IMG/VR virus record: IMGVR_UViG_3300037657_000017
Location: 1-39,388 of that record
Source: a virus
Lineage: Duplodnaviria; Caudoviricetes
Direction: 5' to 3' (one strand)
DNA length: 39,388 nucleotides
Positions 7,272-14,943 of the stretch are shown piece by piece. The translations under genes and the position numbers were made by a program. The notes beneath the pieces were generated by a model. That model saw nothing but the letters and a program-made list of their open reading frames with translations, was not told where the DNA came from and ran no database searches. The first letter of the stretch is position 1. Each line of letters begins with the position of its first letter.

Positions 7272-7652
7272 ATGATCGCTCTTTCCGGTCGTTGCCCTGG
7301 TAGAGGGGAATCAGAACGCCGTCAATGCGTCTGCGGTGTGATCGTCTACAGCTACATGGGCCATGAAACCACGGCGCAGCGGCGCATCTACGAGGATAAG
7401 ACCGGGCTTATTCACGATTGCCCGGCGGTGCGACTGACAGACATCATTGAGTGTCATTGCGGCGACATGGTGCAGCGCTATGACGACGGCCATAAGATGA
7501 ACATGGACAACACGCCGCACACCTGCGCCAAGCCGGTCACGGTCACGATTGCGCCGCCGGCCACGCCAGCGCCCAAGCAGGCGCCAAAGCCCGTCAACCC
7601 GTCCGGCCATTGGAAGGGCGTCGTCTCAACAGAGATTCATCGGGGAGTGTAG
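7272..7652 (+). CDS. Protein with two CxC...HxC metal-binding repeats
   Basis: GGAGG RBS; CVC...HDC and CHC...HTC. Confidence 0.65.
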   Translation: MIALSGRCPGRGESERRQCVCGVIVYSYMGHETTAQRRIYEDKTGLIHDCPAVRLTDIIECHCGDMVQRYDDGHKMNMDNTPHTCAKPVTVTIAPPATPAPKQAPKPVNPSGHWKGVVSTEIHRGV

Positions 7653-7655
7653 GGT

Positions 7656-8957
7656 ATGCCAGCATCTGACGCGCAGGTCTATGACACACCGGGCGGGTAT
7701 CGCTTCTATTGGCCAACTGAGCACTTACAGATCGCCGTCAAGCGGCTATCGGATAACCGGCGCGACCAGTCCACGAGCGCCGAGATCCGCGTCGAGTCGC
7801 TTGACCCGGTTGCGCCCGGCCATATCCACCAGGCACGCGTCAATCTGACATCGACCCAGGCAAAGAACAGCCTCATCAAGCAGCTCAAGGAAGCAAACGA
7901 GGTCTTTGATTGGCCGGGCATCGTGGAGACGCTGTGCTTCCAGACGCTCGAGCTGCACCGTCAAGGTGAGCCGCTACAGATGATTGGCGATCGGCCACTA
8001 TCCGGCGGCACAAAGTATCGCTTGCGCCCATTGGTGCCGGAAGGAATGCCGGCTATTATCTTTGGTGAAGGGGGAACAGGCAAGAGCTTTATTGCACTTC
8101 TGGCGGCGATCCTGGTGCAGACGGGGCAGACCGCTATGGGCTTGCGACCCACGCAAGGCAATGTGCTGTACCTGGACTATGAGACATCGGCAGAGACACA
8201 GAATGAACGGGTGAGGGCGATTTGCGCGGGCATGAACACGCCGTCAACACAAATCGCTTACAGGTATTGCTATCACCCGCTGGCAGAGGACATCGAGACG
8301 ATTCAGGACATGGTGGCGGACAAGGCTATCTCCTTCCTGATTGTTGACAGTCTGGGGCCAGCCTGCGGCGGCGATCCGAACGAAGCGGAACTCGCCATCC
8401 GTATGTTCAATGCACTCCGGCAGTTGCGCGTTTCCTCGCTGTTGATCGACCACGTAGCAAAGAACTTGCAGGACGGGCAGAAAGCGTCACCATATGGCAG
8501 CGTCTACAAGACGAATCTGGCTCGGTCTGTCTGGCAGATCAAACCAGCCGCAGGCACAGAGGGCTTTCATACTCGCGTTGGTCTTTACCATCGCAAGGTG
8601 AACTTTGGACCTCTTATGACGGATGGCCTGGGCTTTGGCATGACCTACCAGAACGACCAAAATGAGCAACTTACCAGCGTGCAGATTGAGAGCATCGGCG
8701 TGAAAGATGACGTTGACCTCTCCAAGAATCTGAGCTTGCGTAAGCAGATTGAGAACTGCCTTTCCGGGCGGCGTATGACCATTGACGACCTGGCTATCGA
8801 GTTGGGGATGTTAGACGACAAGCAAGAGATCGACCGGAACAAACGAGAGGTGCTGCGCGTCACACTGGCAAAGGGCAAGGGGCATAGCTTCCAAAAGTGG
8901 GGGGATAATTGGGGTTTACTCGCGATTGACCAGGCTCCGTATGAGGATGAAAGTTGA
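7656..8957 (+). CDS. Replication protein, RecA/DnaB-like AAA (RepA/AAA_25-type) helicase
   Basis: Walker A GEGGTGKS, VLYLDYE, Walker B LIVDS, IDHVAK, PYGS; HTH-like C-terminus. Confidence 0.88.
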   Translation: MPASDAQVYDTPGGYRFYWPTEHLQIAVKRLSDNRRDQSTSAEIRVESLDPVAPGHIHQARVNLTSTQAKNSLIKQLKEANEVFDWPGIVETLCFQTLELHRQGEPLQMIGDRPLSGGTKYRLRPLVPEGMPAIIFGEGGTGKSFIALLAAILVQTGQTAMGLRPTQGNVLYLDYETSAETQNERVRAICAGMNTPSTQIAYRYCYHPLAEDIETIQDMVADKAISFLIVDSLGPACGGDPNEAELAIRMFNALRQLRVSSLLIDHVAKNLQDGQKASPYGSVYKTNLARSVWQIKPAAGTEGFHTRVGLYHRKVNFGPLMTDGLGFGMTYQNDQNEQLTSVQIESIGVKDDVDLSKNLSLRKQIENCLSGRRMTIDDLAIELGMLDDKQEIDRNKREVLRVTLAKGKGHSFQKWGDNWGLLAIDQAPYEDES

Positions 8958-8960
8958 CAA

Positions 8961-9052
8961 TCCGTAACGCGTTACGTAGCGTTACGCGGAAGTTACGCGT
9001 AATTCCGTAACGTAATTACCGGGGATATGTAATATCCCCGGATTACATTACG
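8961..9052. repeat. Putative replication origin with GTTACG/CGTAAC iteron-like repeats and a hairpin
   Basis: Palindrome CGTAACGCGTTACG (8963-8976); GTTACG at 8981 and 8992; CGTAAC at 9006; perfect IR CCGGGGATAT-gta-ATATCCCCGG (9019-9041); directly after the helicase stop. Confidence 0.7.
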
Positions 9053-9135
9053 GCGCAATTAGAGAAGATAGCATCATAATCCCGCAGGCTGCGGATCAAT
9101 CGCTGCACAACATCGTCGCCCAATGGTGGGAGGCT

Positions 9136-9735
9136 ATGATGAACGGGTGTCCGAGAGGATGGCAGTTACCATACGGCGTGTCATGTAGTGAGATTCAATC
9201 CGACATTCTGTGCGAAGCGTGTCAGACCGGCGGCCTGGGCTATCGGATGCAACGAGCCATGCGCCTGGCGCGCATCCTCGCACCGTTGCTGGCGGCGCTG
9301 ATTGCCGTCATGCTCACCACTGCGCCGGCGAGCGCAGCACACAACCCGGAGCATTGCAACGCTGCGCTCGAGGCGGCGGTTATCTCAGGGCAGGCGCTCG
9401 TCAAGGGCGGCTACATGCAGGAAGGCCGGGCGGTCGCAAACGTCATCTGGAATGGCTATACCTACGTGTGTGTGCTGGGAGTGCGAGACGCTGTTGCCGT
9501 GGCCTGCACGATCTTCCCTTGTCGCGATGTTCTGGGCTACATCGAGAGAGACGCATGGAATCATGGCACAACACTGAGCAAGACCTTGAATGCAAAGGCA
9601 ATCTCTGATTGGGCGAAGGGAGTTGGCAGCCGTGTTGTCCTCGTCGTTACCGTCAATCCGTCTCTCATCGACCCGTCGTGCTATGTCGTCCACCAGGGCC
9701 GCAGAGTCAACGTCTGCCGCCCAGTGGCGCAATAG
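9136..9735 (+). CDS. Membrane-anchored or exported Cys-rich protein
   Basis: GGGAGG RBS; Cys-rich N-terminus, hydrophobic signal-like stretch ending in ASA, Cys-containing C-terminal domain. Confidence 0.7.
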   Translation: MMNGCPRGWQLPYGVSCSEIQSDILCEACQTGGLGYRMQRAMRLARILAPLLAALIAVMLTTAPASAAHNPEHCNAALEAAVISGQALVKGGYMQEGRAVANVIWNGYTYVCVLGVRDAVAVACTIFPCRDVLGYIERDAWNHGTTLSKTLNAKAISDWAKGVGSRVVLVVTVNPSLIDPSCYVVHQGRRVNVCRPVAQ

Positions 9736-9745
9736 GGAGGGCGAC

Positions 9746-9862
9746 ATGCTTCTCGTGCTAGGCGTCATCGCGTTCCTCGTCATCGCCGCTGTGGTGTTCT
9801 GCGTCTGGGCGGCGGACGCGATCAGCGACTATACCGAGGAAAGTACGCATGGGGGAGGGTGA
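9746..9862 (+). CDS. Small single-TM protein
   Basis: GGAGG RBS; MLLVLGVIAFLVIAAVVFCVWAA. Confidence 0.6.
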   Translation: MLLVLGVIAFLVIAAVVFCVWAADAISDYTEESTHGGG

Positions 9863-9866
9863 GGGG

Positions 9867-10088
9867 ATGAAAATACAAGAGTTGCAACTAGTCACGAAGA
9901 CGACATACGAATGGCGTACCGTCATCGAGGCGAAGGATCGCATGATTCGTGTACTAATGGATGATGGCGCAGACTTGAAGGTGAGCGATCAGGAAGGGCT
10001 ATGCATCAGCGCAAGCAATGGCCGATTATTTGTTCTTCCTGTTGCGGCCAATGCTGTCAAGATTGAAACAGAACAGGAGGGGGCATAG
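9867..10088 (+). CDS. Hypothetical protein
   Basis: GAGG RBS before MKIQELQ. Confidence 0.6.
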   Translation: MKIQELQLVTKTTYEWRTVIEAKDRMIRVLMDDGADLKVSDQEGLCISASNGRLFVLPVAANAVKIETEQEGA

Positions 10089-10107
10089 TCTTGACAGTGG
10101 TGACGCC

Positions 10108-10179
10108 ATGAGCGACACGGCGTGGATTGTCTTGCTGTTTATCCTGCTGTTCGGCGTCAGGGTACGCATGACGTGGTAG
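10108..10179 (+). CDS. Possible single-TM micropeptide (23 aa)
   Basis: MSDTAWIVLLFILLFGVRVRMTW fills the intergenic gap; weak RBS. Confidence 0.35.
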   Translation: MSDTAWIVLLFILLFGVRVRMTW

Positions 10180-10191
10180 TAGGGAGGGGGG

Positions 10192-10539
10192 ATGGCTGAG
10201 TTGACACCTGGCCGCGAGATGGATGCGGCGGTTGCGAGGGAGATAGGGTGGAAGTTGGAAACGGGCTATTCCAAGTATCCGCAATGGGAACACGCCCACG
10301 GTCTGCGCCCTGCTGCAAATTGGATGCCGTCAACCCGTAACGAGGATGCGCTCATCGCTGCCAACGAACTATTAGCGCAGAAGCGTATCGGGGCGTATGC
10401 CGTCATCGTGCTACCAGACCACGCCGAGGCAAAGTTGTACAACGACGCACATGACCCGATAGCAGGCGAGGACGGCAAGACACTGGCCGAAGCCATCTGT
10501 GCGGCCATCCTCGCATTGGAGGCACATGATGGACGCTGA
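10192..10539 (+). CDS. Phage ABA-sandwich (BC1872-like) domain protein
   Basis: GREMDAAVAREIGW...PSTRNEDA...TLAEAICAAIL pattern. Confidence 0.75.
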   Translation: MAELTPGREMDAAVAREIGWKLETGYSKYPQWEHAHGLRPAANWMPSTRNEDALIAANELLAQKRIGAYAVIVLPDHAEAKLYNDAHDPIAGEDGKTLAEAICAAILALEAHDGR

Positions 10540-11083
10540 GCGCGTCGAGAAGCTGATCGGGCTGCACGCGGACTTGGAGCAGGCGGTACGCGAGATACCA
10601 CTCACGTTTGGACAGATTGCTCTCATTGACGCCGAGGACTATGAATCAGTATCAGCATATCCGTGGCGCGCTATGCGAGACGAAACAACGGGCGGGTGGC
10701 GCGCCCATACGACTGTTTATGATGGCAATGGGAAGCGGCACGATATTCAGATGTCCCACCTTGTTATGCGTGCCGAACCAGGCGATCAAGTTGACCATCG
10801 TTTCCACAACACACTTGATAATAGGAAGGCCAACTTGCGCAAGTGTACGCAGGCGCAAAATAACTTCAACCAACGGCCTCGCAAGGGAACGTCAGAATAC
10901 AAGGGCGTGTCATGGGAAAAGCGTCGCTGCAAGTGGCGAGCGCAAATCGTGTACAACTATAAGAACAAGTTTATCGGCTGCTTTTCCAGTGAGGTGGACG
11001 CTGCACGCGCTTACGATAAGGTAGCCCACATTTTGTTTGGTGAGTTTGCTTTCCTCAACTTTCCAGCGGAGGTGATGGCGTGA
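10526..11083 (+). CDS. HNH homing endonuclease with C-terminal AP2 domain
   Basis: VDHRFHNTLDNRKANLR HNH core; YKGVSW...WRAQI...IGCF...AARAYD AP2 domain; lower GC than neighbours. Confidence 0.93.
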   Translation: MMDAERVEKLIGLHADLEQAVREIPLTFGQIALIDAEDYESVSAYPWRAMRDETTGGWRAHTTVYDGNGKRHDIQMSHLVMRAEPGDQVDHRFHNTLDNRKANLRKCTQAQNNFNQRPRKGTSEYKGVSWEKRRCKWRAQIVYNYKNKFIGCFSSEVDAARAYDKVAHILFGEFAFLNFPAEVMA

Positions 11084-11409
11084 ATACTGGTGACGCACGG
11101 GCCACGCTTACAACGGTGATACTTGGTGTGCTGACCGAGCGCCTGGATGTGGTTATGGCGCTTGACGCTCTCGGTAGTGACACGGTTGAGTGCCTGACAA
11201 GGGCGCTTGTTACTGGCGTGATAACATCATCGGTATGTGCTGCGTGCGAGGAACACCCGTCCGTGGCGCGGGTGTGCGCGACGTGTAATGCGGGGTGTGT
11301 GGCAGGGACAACGTTGCATAACGAGGCACTATTCGCCTGTCTTGCGGGGACAGTAGACGGTATTATCCACATGCCGTTCGGCTGCACAGAGTGGCGGGCA
11401 AAGCCATGA
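11080..11409 (+). CDS. Hypothetical Cys-rich protein
   Basis: GTGA coupling; CAAC, CATC, FGCTEW motifs. Confidence 0.6.
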   Translation: MNTGDARATLTTVILGVLTERLDVVMALDALGSDTVECLTRALVTGVITSSVCAACEEHPSVARVCATCNAGCVAGTTLHNEALFACLAGTVDGIIHMPFGCTEWRAKP

Positions 11410-11672
11410 CCGAGCCCTCCCTGTTCGTCTTGCTCGACTTCGCGTCGTCGCCGGAGATTCGCACGGCCAAAGCCAGGGCCAATCGCCTCTTGACAGCGTG
11501 CGACAAGTACATGCAGCTGCACGGCGACCAGCATCTGACCGTGTTTGTCTCGAAGGCGCTGGCAGAGGCGGGCAAGGCACTGGCAGAGATGACGGATCCC
11601 AAGAATATCATGGTGATCGAGCACGCCCGTTTCCGGGGATTGCAGTGTGGCGTGCAGGGGGAGGGGGGATGA
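11406..11672 (+). CDS. Hypothetical protein
   Basis: ATGA coupling at both ends. Confidence 0.6.
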   Translation: MTEPSLFVLLDFASSPEIRTAKARANRLLTACDKYMQLHGDQHLTVFVSKALAEAGKALAEMTDPKNIMVIEHARFRGLQCGVQGEGG

Positions 11673-11911
11673 CCACACAGCAAGCCGAGCCACAGATGAC
11701 GCTTGACGAGATACGCGAGAAGTTCTGCCTGCCGCCGATAGCTGGCGAATCGCACGCCAAACGTCGCGAGCGCCTGGACAAAGCGCAAAGCCTGGGCCTC
11801 ATCACGCCGGTGGACCGGGCGCGCCTGGACTTTCAAGACGAGGTTGCAGCATTCAAGGCAGGGATGCGCGCCGCATGGCAAGCCGTCAAGGACGCATGGA
11901 GGGAGAGATGA
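11669..11911 (+). CDS. Hypothetical protein
   Basis: GGAGG RBS, ATGA coupling. Confidence 0.6.
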   Translation: MTTQQAEPQMTLDEIREKFCLPPIAGESHAKRRERLDKAQSLGLITPVDRARLDFQDEVAAFKAGMRAAWQAVKDAWRER

Positions 11912-11997
11912 CCGCAGAATCAGCCGTCATCGCCCTAGCGCTCGTTTGGCTGGTTGGGCTGGCAATCATACTCTGGCCGTTGGGGAGAAAGCGATGA
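11908..11997 (+). CDS. Single-TM micropeptide (29 aa)
   Basis: MTAESAVIALALVWLVGLAIILWPLGRKR; GGAGG RBS; ATGA coupling at both ends. Confidence 0.55.
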   Translation: MTAESAVIALALVWLVGLAIILWPLGRKR

Positions 11998-12125
11998 CCC
12001 GCCTACGTGACTGTATCCCCGTCCGGCTGCTTGCATTCTTTGTGGCGCTATGCAGGGCATGGCGCGATGTGCGCGAGGAGCACGAGGTTGCGGCCAGGCT
12101 TGACGCCGCATGGAGGGAACGATGA
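11994..12125 (+). CDS. Small hypothetical protein
   Basis: ATGA coupling; GGAG RBS. Confidence 0.5.
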   Translation: MTRLRDCIPVRLLAFFVALCRAWRDVREEHEVAARLDAAWRER

Positions 12126-12313
12126 TCGACCCGCCGCAATCTGAGATACTGAAGGCCTATCGCAAGCTCTACCGGGAACGCGTGCACCTGGACGGCACCG
12201 ACACACGCGACATCGACCACCGGTTGAGCGTGCTGAGAGAGTGGATGGATGCGCCAACGCGACACCAGGCGGCGCTTTATGAACGCAACTACAGGAAGAC
12301 GCATGGAGGGTAG
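12122..12313 (+). CDS. Hypothetical protein
   Basis: GGAGG RBS; ATGA coupling. Confidence 0.6.
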   Translation: MIDPPQSEILKAYRKLYRERVHLDGTDTRDIDHRLSVLREWMDAPTRHQAALYERNYRKTHGG

Positions 12314-12314
12314 A

Positions 12315-12482
12315 ATGACCAATGAAACTTTCATTATGATCGTGGCGTATCTCAACGGCATATTCGGCCTTGCATGTATCCTGTCGAATAGGCAGGAAAC
12401 ACAGTTGCGCGGCATCGGCTCGCTATTGTTTGCGATCATGCTCCTGTTGGGGCAGATTGTGGGAGGCCCCCATGCACAGTGA
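12315..12482 (+). CDS. Small membrane protein (2 TM)
   Basis: GGAGG RBS; two hydrophobic segments. Confidence 0.6.
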   Translation: MTNETFIMIVAYLNGIFGLACILSNRQETQLRGIGSLLFAIMLLLGQIVGGPHAQ

Positions 12483-12804
12483 CCCCTACGCCAGTCCCAT
12501 CATCTGCGCCGGGCGCGGCATTGACCGTGGCTACCTGGAGAAGTGGCGCACGCGTGAGCAGTACGGCGCAGCCGATCGCGACACGTTCATCGCCTTCGAC
12601 TACCTGCTGCCGGCAGAGCCGCCGACGCCGCGCAAGATGCGCACATGCCGCACCTGTGGCTGCCAGTTCCCTCAGCTTGACGGCGGCGGCAACCAGCCCA
12701 ATTGTGTGGCCTGTCGCGACAAGGCGGCGGATGAGGCAGACGCACGGCGACGGGCGGCGCGGGCTGAGAAGATGCGCCAGAAGCGCGAAACATCAAGCAA
12801 ATAG
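12472..12804 (+). CDS. Zn-finger protein with basic C-terminal helix
   Basis: CRTC...CVAC followed by Arg/Lys-rich helix; last early gene. Confidence 0.65.
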   Translation: MHSDPYASPIICAGRGIDRGYLEKWRTREQYGAADRDTFIAFDYLLPAEPPTPRKMRTCRTCGCQFPQLDGGGNQPNCVACRDKAADEADARRRAARAEKMRQKRETSSK

Positions 12805-12816
12805 CCGTTTGTGACC

Positions 12817-12845
12817 TTGACACTTCGGGCGTCGTGTGTGAAAAT
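12817..12845 (+). promoter_or_regulatory. Putative late promoter
   Basis: TTGACA (12817-12822), 17 bp, GAAAAT (12840-12845) preceded by TGn. Confidence 0.5.
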
Positions 12846-12865
12846 ATGAGCGTTGGAGGGGCTAC

Positions 12866-13060
12866 GTGCCCCCAACACCGCAGCAAATAACTGAAGAGCA
12901 ATTCTGGGCGTGGCTGGCTACAATTCCGCTTGACCCACACTTCTACGGCCAAATCACTCTAACCGTGCGGGCGGGCGTTGTCGCCGAGGTCGAGCAGCGG
13001 CAGACCTTCAGAAAGCCACCACGTCAACAAGGCGGCCTTACCAGGCAGCCCGAGGAATGA
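12866..13060 (+). CDS. DUF2292/YezD-like small protein
   Basis: FYGQITLTVRAGVVAEVEQRQTFR resembles the DUF2292 [FY]G-x-[IV]...G-x-V...E core; GGAGG RBS with GTG start. Confidence 0.6.
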   Translation: MPPTPQQITEEQFWAWLATIPLDPHFYGQITLTVRAGVVAEVEQRQTFRKPPRQQGGLTRQPEE

Positions 13061-13074
13061 TCGGCACAATACCG

Positions 13075-13124
13075 ACGCCTCATCTATGCGAGTCATCGCA
13101 TGGGTGAGGCGTTTCGTCGTTTCT
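13075..13124 (+). terminator. Intrinsic terminator ahead of the packaging genes
   Basis: 17-bp stem (13075-13091/13096-13112, two G-U pairs), GTCA loop, U-rich tail TTCGTCGTTTCT. Confidence 0.7.
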
Positions 13125-13206
13125 ACGGCATATCGTTGTGGACGCGCCGGGCGGCTCTGCCGCTTACGATTGCGGGAAAACTGACGCATGGTGGGGGCGT
13201 CACTCT

Positions 13207-13425
13207 ATGAGCGTGACGTTTCTAGCGACTATCTCGATGTTGCAATCCGCTATCCAGATTGCAGGCGACGGCGGGGCACGCATCAAACTGGACATCGACG
13301 ACACCGGCATGGACGCGGTCATGGCTCTATCAGGGATGCGCGGCGAGTTGCTGCGGGTGACAGTGGAACTAGCAGACGCACCACAAGACGCAAAAAAACG
13401 GAAGGAAAAGCGTGACAGGACGTGA
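13207..13425 (+). CDS. Small hypothetical protein upstream of terminase
   Basis: MSVTFLATIS...GGARIKLDI...LRVTVE; overlaps terS start. Confidence 0.65.
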   Translation: MSVTFLATISMLQSAIQIAGDGGARIKLDIDDTGMDAVMALSGMRGELLRVTVELADAPQDAKKRKEKRDRT

Positions 13426-13747
13426 CGAGCGCGGACGGTTCCTGAAGGGCGGTGACGGCGGGCCTGGGCGTAAGCCCCTTGAGGTCAAGGCCGATATTGT
13501 CCGCGCGCTCAACAGTGAGATAACAGAGACGGATGCTGTCAAGCTGCTTGCCGCGTGCGTGAAACGCAAGGAAGGATGGGCGCTCAAGTTGTGGTTTGCC
13601 TATCTGTGGGGTGAGCCAATACAGCGCGTCGAGGCGAGTGGGCCAGATGGCGAAAGACTCACGTTTGGCATCCAGCCAATCGACTACCGCACCGGTTTGG
13701 ACGCGATTGCGCCCAGACCAGTATCAGATAGCGACACATCCGGCTAA
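13412..13747 (+). CDS. terS: Terminase small subunit (DUF5681-like)
   Basis: GRFLKGGDGGPGRKP N-terminus; directly before terL. Confidence 0.75.
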   Translation: MTGRDERGRFLKGGDGGPGRKPLEVKADIVRALNSEITETDAVKLLAACVKRKEGWALKLWFAYLWGEPIQRVEASGPDGERLTFGIQPIDYRTGLDAIAPRPVSDSDTSG

Positions 13748-14930
13748 GACAAAGGTTCTGGCAGCAGGCCGTCGCTTCGGAAAGACGGTATTGGGCGGTG
13801 GCTGCGTGATGAACTGTGCGGGGCGCGGTGGTCGCGTGGCCTGGATTGTCCCAGAGTATCGCAACGGGCGTCCGTTGTGGCGCATGGCTGAGGCGTCTGT
13901 CGCACGTCTGCTCAAAGCGAAGCTGGTCAGTGTCAACGAATCGGAGCGCCTGATCACGTTTCGCAATGGTGGTAGCCTGGGCATCTACACGGCAGACAAC
14001 CCGTCAAGCATCCTGGGCGAGGCGTTCAACCTGATCGTTGTCGACGAGGCTGCTCGCGTCAAAGAAGACGTGTGGTATGAGACGATACAGCCCACCCTGG
14101 CCGATGTCAACGGCGACGCGATCCTGATCAGTACACCGAAGGGGCGTAACTGGTTCTGGCGTGAGTGGGTGCGCGGGCAGACAGATAACGGCGACATCAA
14201 ATCATGGCAATGCCCGACGACAGCAAACCCCAACCCCAACATACAGCGGGCGGCGCTCATGGCAGCGGAGCGCATCCCGGAACGCATTTATCAGCAGGAA
14301 TGGCTAGCACAGTTTATTGAGTCAGGCGGCGGCGTCTTCCGCCGCATCACAGAGGCGGCCAAAGCCCTGCGCCAAGACAAGGCCATCACCGATCACCGCT
14401 ATGCGTTCGGGGTGGACTGGGGCAAGAGCAACGACTTTACCGTGATCGCTGTCTGGGATTTGACGCTCAAAGCGCTCTGTGCGCTCGACCGATTCAATCA
14501 GATCGACTACGCCGTGCAGTTGGGGCGCTTGCAGGCGCTCTATGAGCGATTCACATGGACAAGCGACGATGGCCAGGGCGGGGTCATCCTACACCCACCC
14601 ATCACGATCATTGCAGAGTCAAACAGCATGGGGCAGCCGCTTGTCGAAGCATTACAGCGCATGAATCTGCCTGTGCAGCCGTTCACGACCAGCAACGCAA
14701 CCAAGACAGCGGCGATTGACGCGCTGGCCCTGGCCTTCGAGCGGGGCGACGCGACGATCATTGACGACAAGACGCTCATTGCTGAATTGCAATCCTATGA
14801 GATGGAACGCCTGCCCAGCGGCCTGTTGCGCTACTCAGCGCCGGAAGGCATGCACGATGATACGGTCATGGCGGCGGCAATGGGCTGGCAGGCAGCGTGC
14901 AACACACTCGATGGGCCTCTTATGTACTAA
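13647..14930 (+). CDS. terL: Terminase large subunit
   Basis: AGRRFGKT Walker A, VVDEAA Walker B, ISTPKGRNW, GVDWG nuclease motif, HDDTVMA; start codon uncertain. Confidence 0.95.
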   Translation: MAKDSRLASSQSTTAPVWTRLRPDQYQIATHPAKTKVLAAGRRFGKTVLGGGCVMNCAGRGGRVAWIVPEYRNGRPLWRMAEASVARLLKAKLVSVNESERLITFRNGGSLGIYTADNPSSILGEAFNLIVVDEAARVKEDVWYETIQPTLADVNGDAILISTPKGRNWFWREWVRGQTDNGDIKSWQCPTTANPNPNIQRAALMAAERIPERIYQQEWLAQFIESGGGVFRRITEAAKALRQDKAITDHRYAFGVDWGKSNDFTVIAVWDLTLKALCALDRFNQIDYAVQLGRLQALYERFTWTSDDGQGGVILHPPITIIAESNSMGQPLVEALQRMNLPVQPFTTSNATKTAAIDALALAFERGDATIIDDKTLIAELQSYEMERLPSGLLRYSAPEGMHDDTVMAAAMGWQAACNTLDGPLMY

Positions 14931-14943
14931 GGCGGTATAGCCT

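Noticed and set aside
8961-9052. CRISPR mini-array
   Set aside because: Units are 6-mers in both orientations with no spacers of regular length; no cas genes
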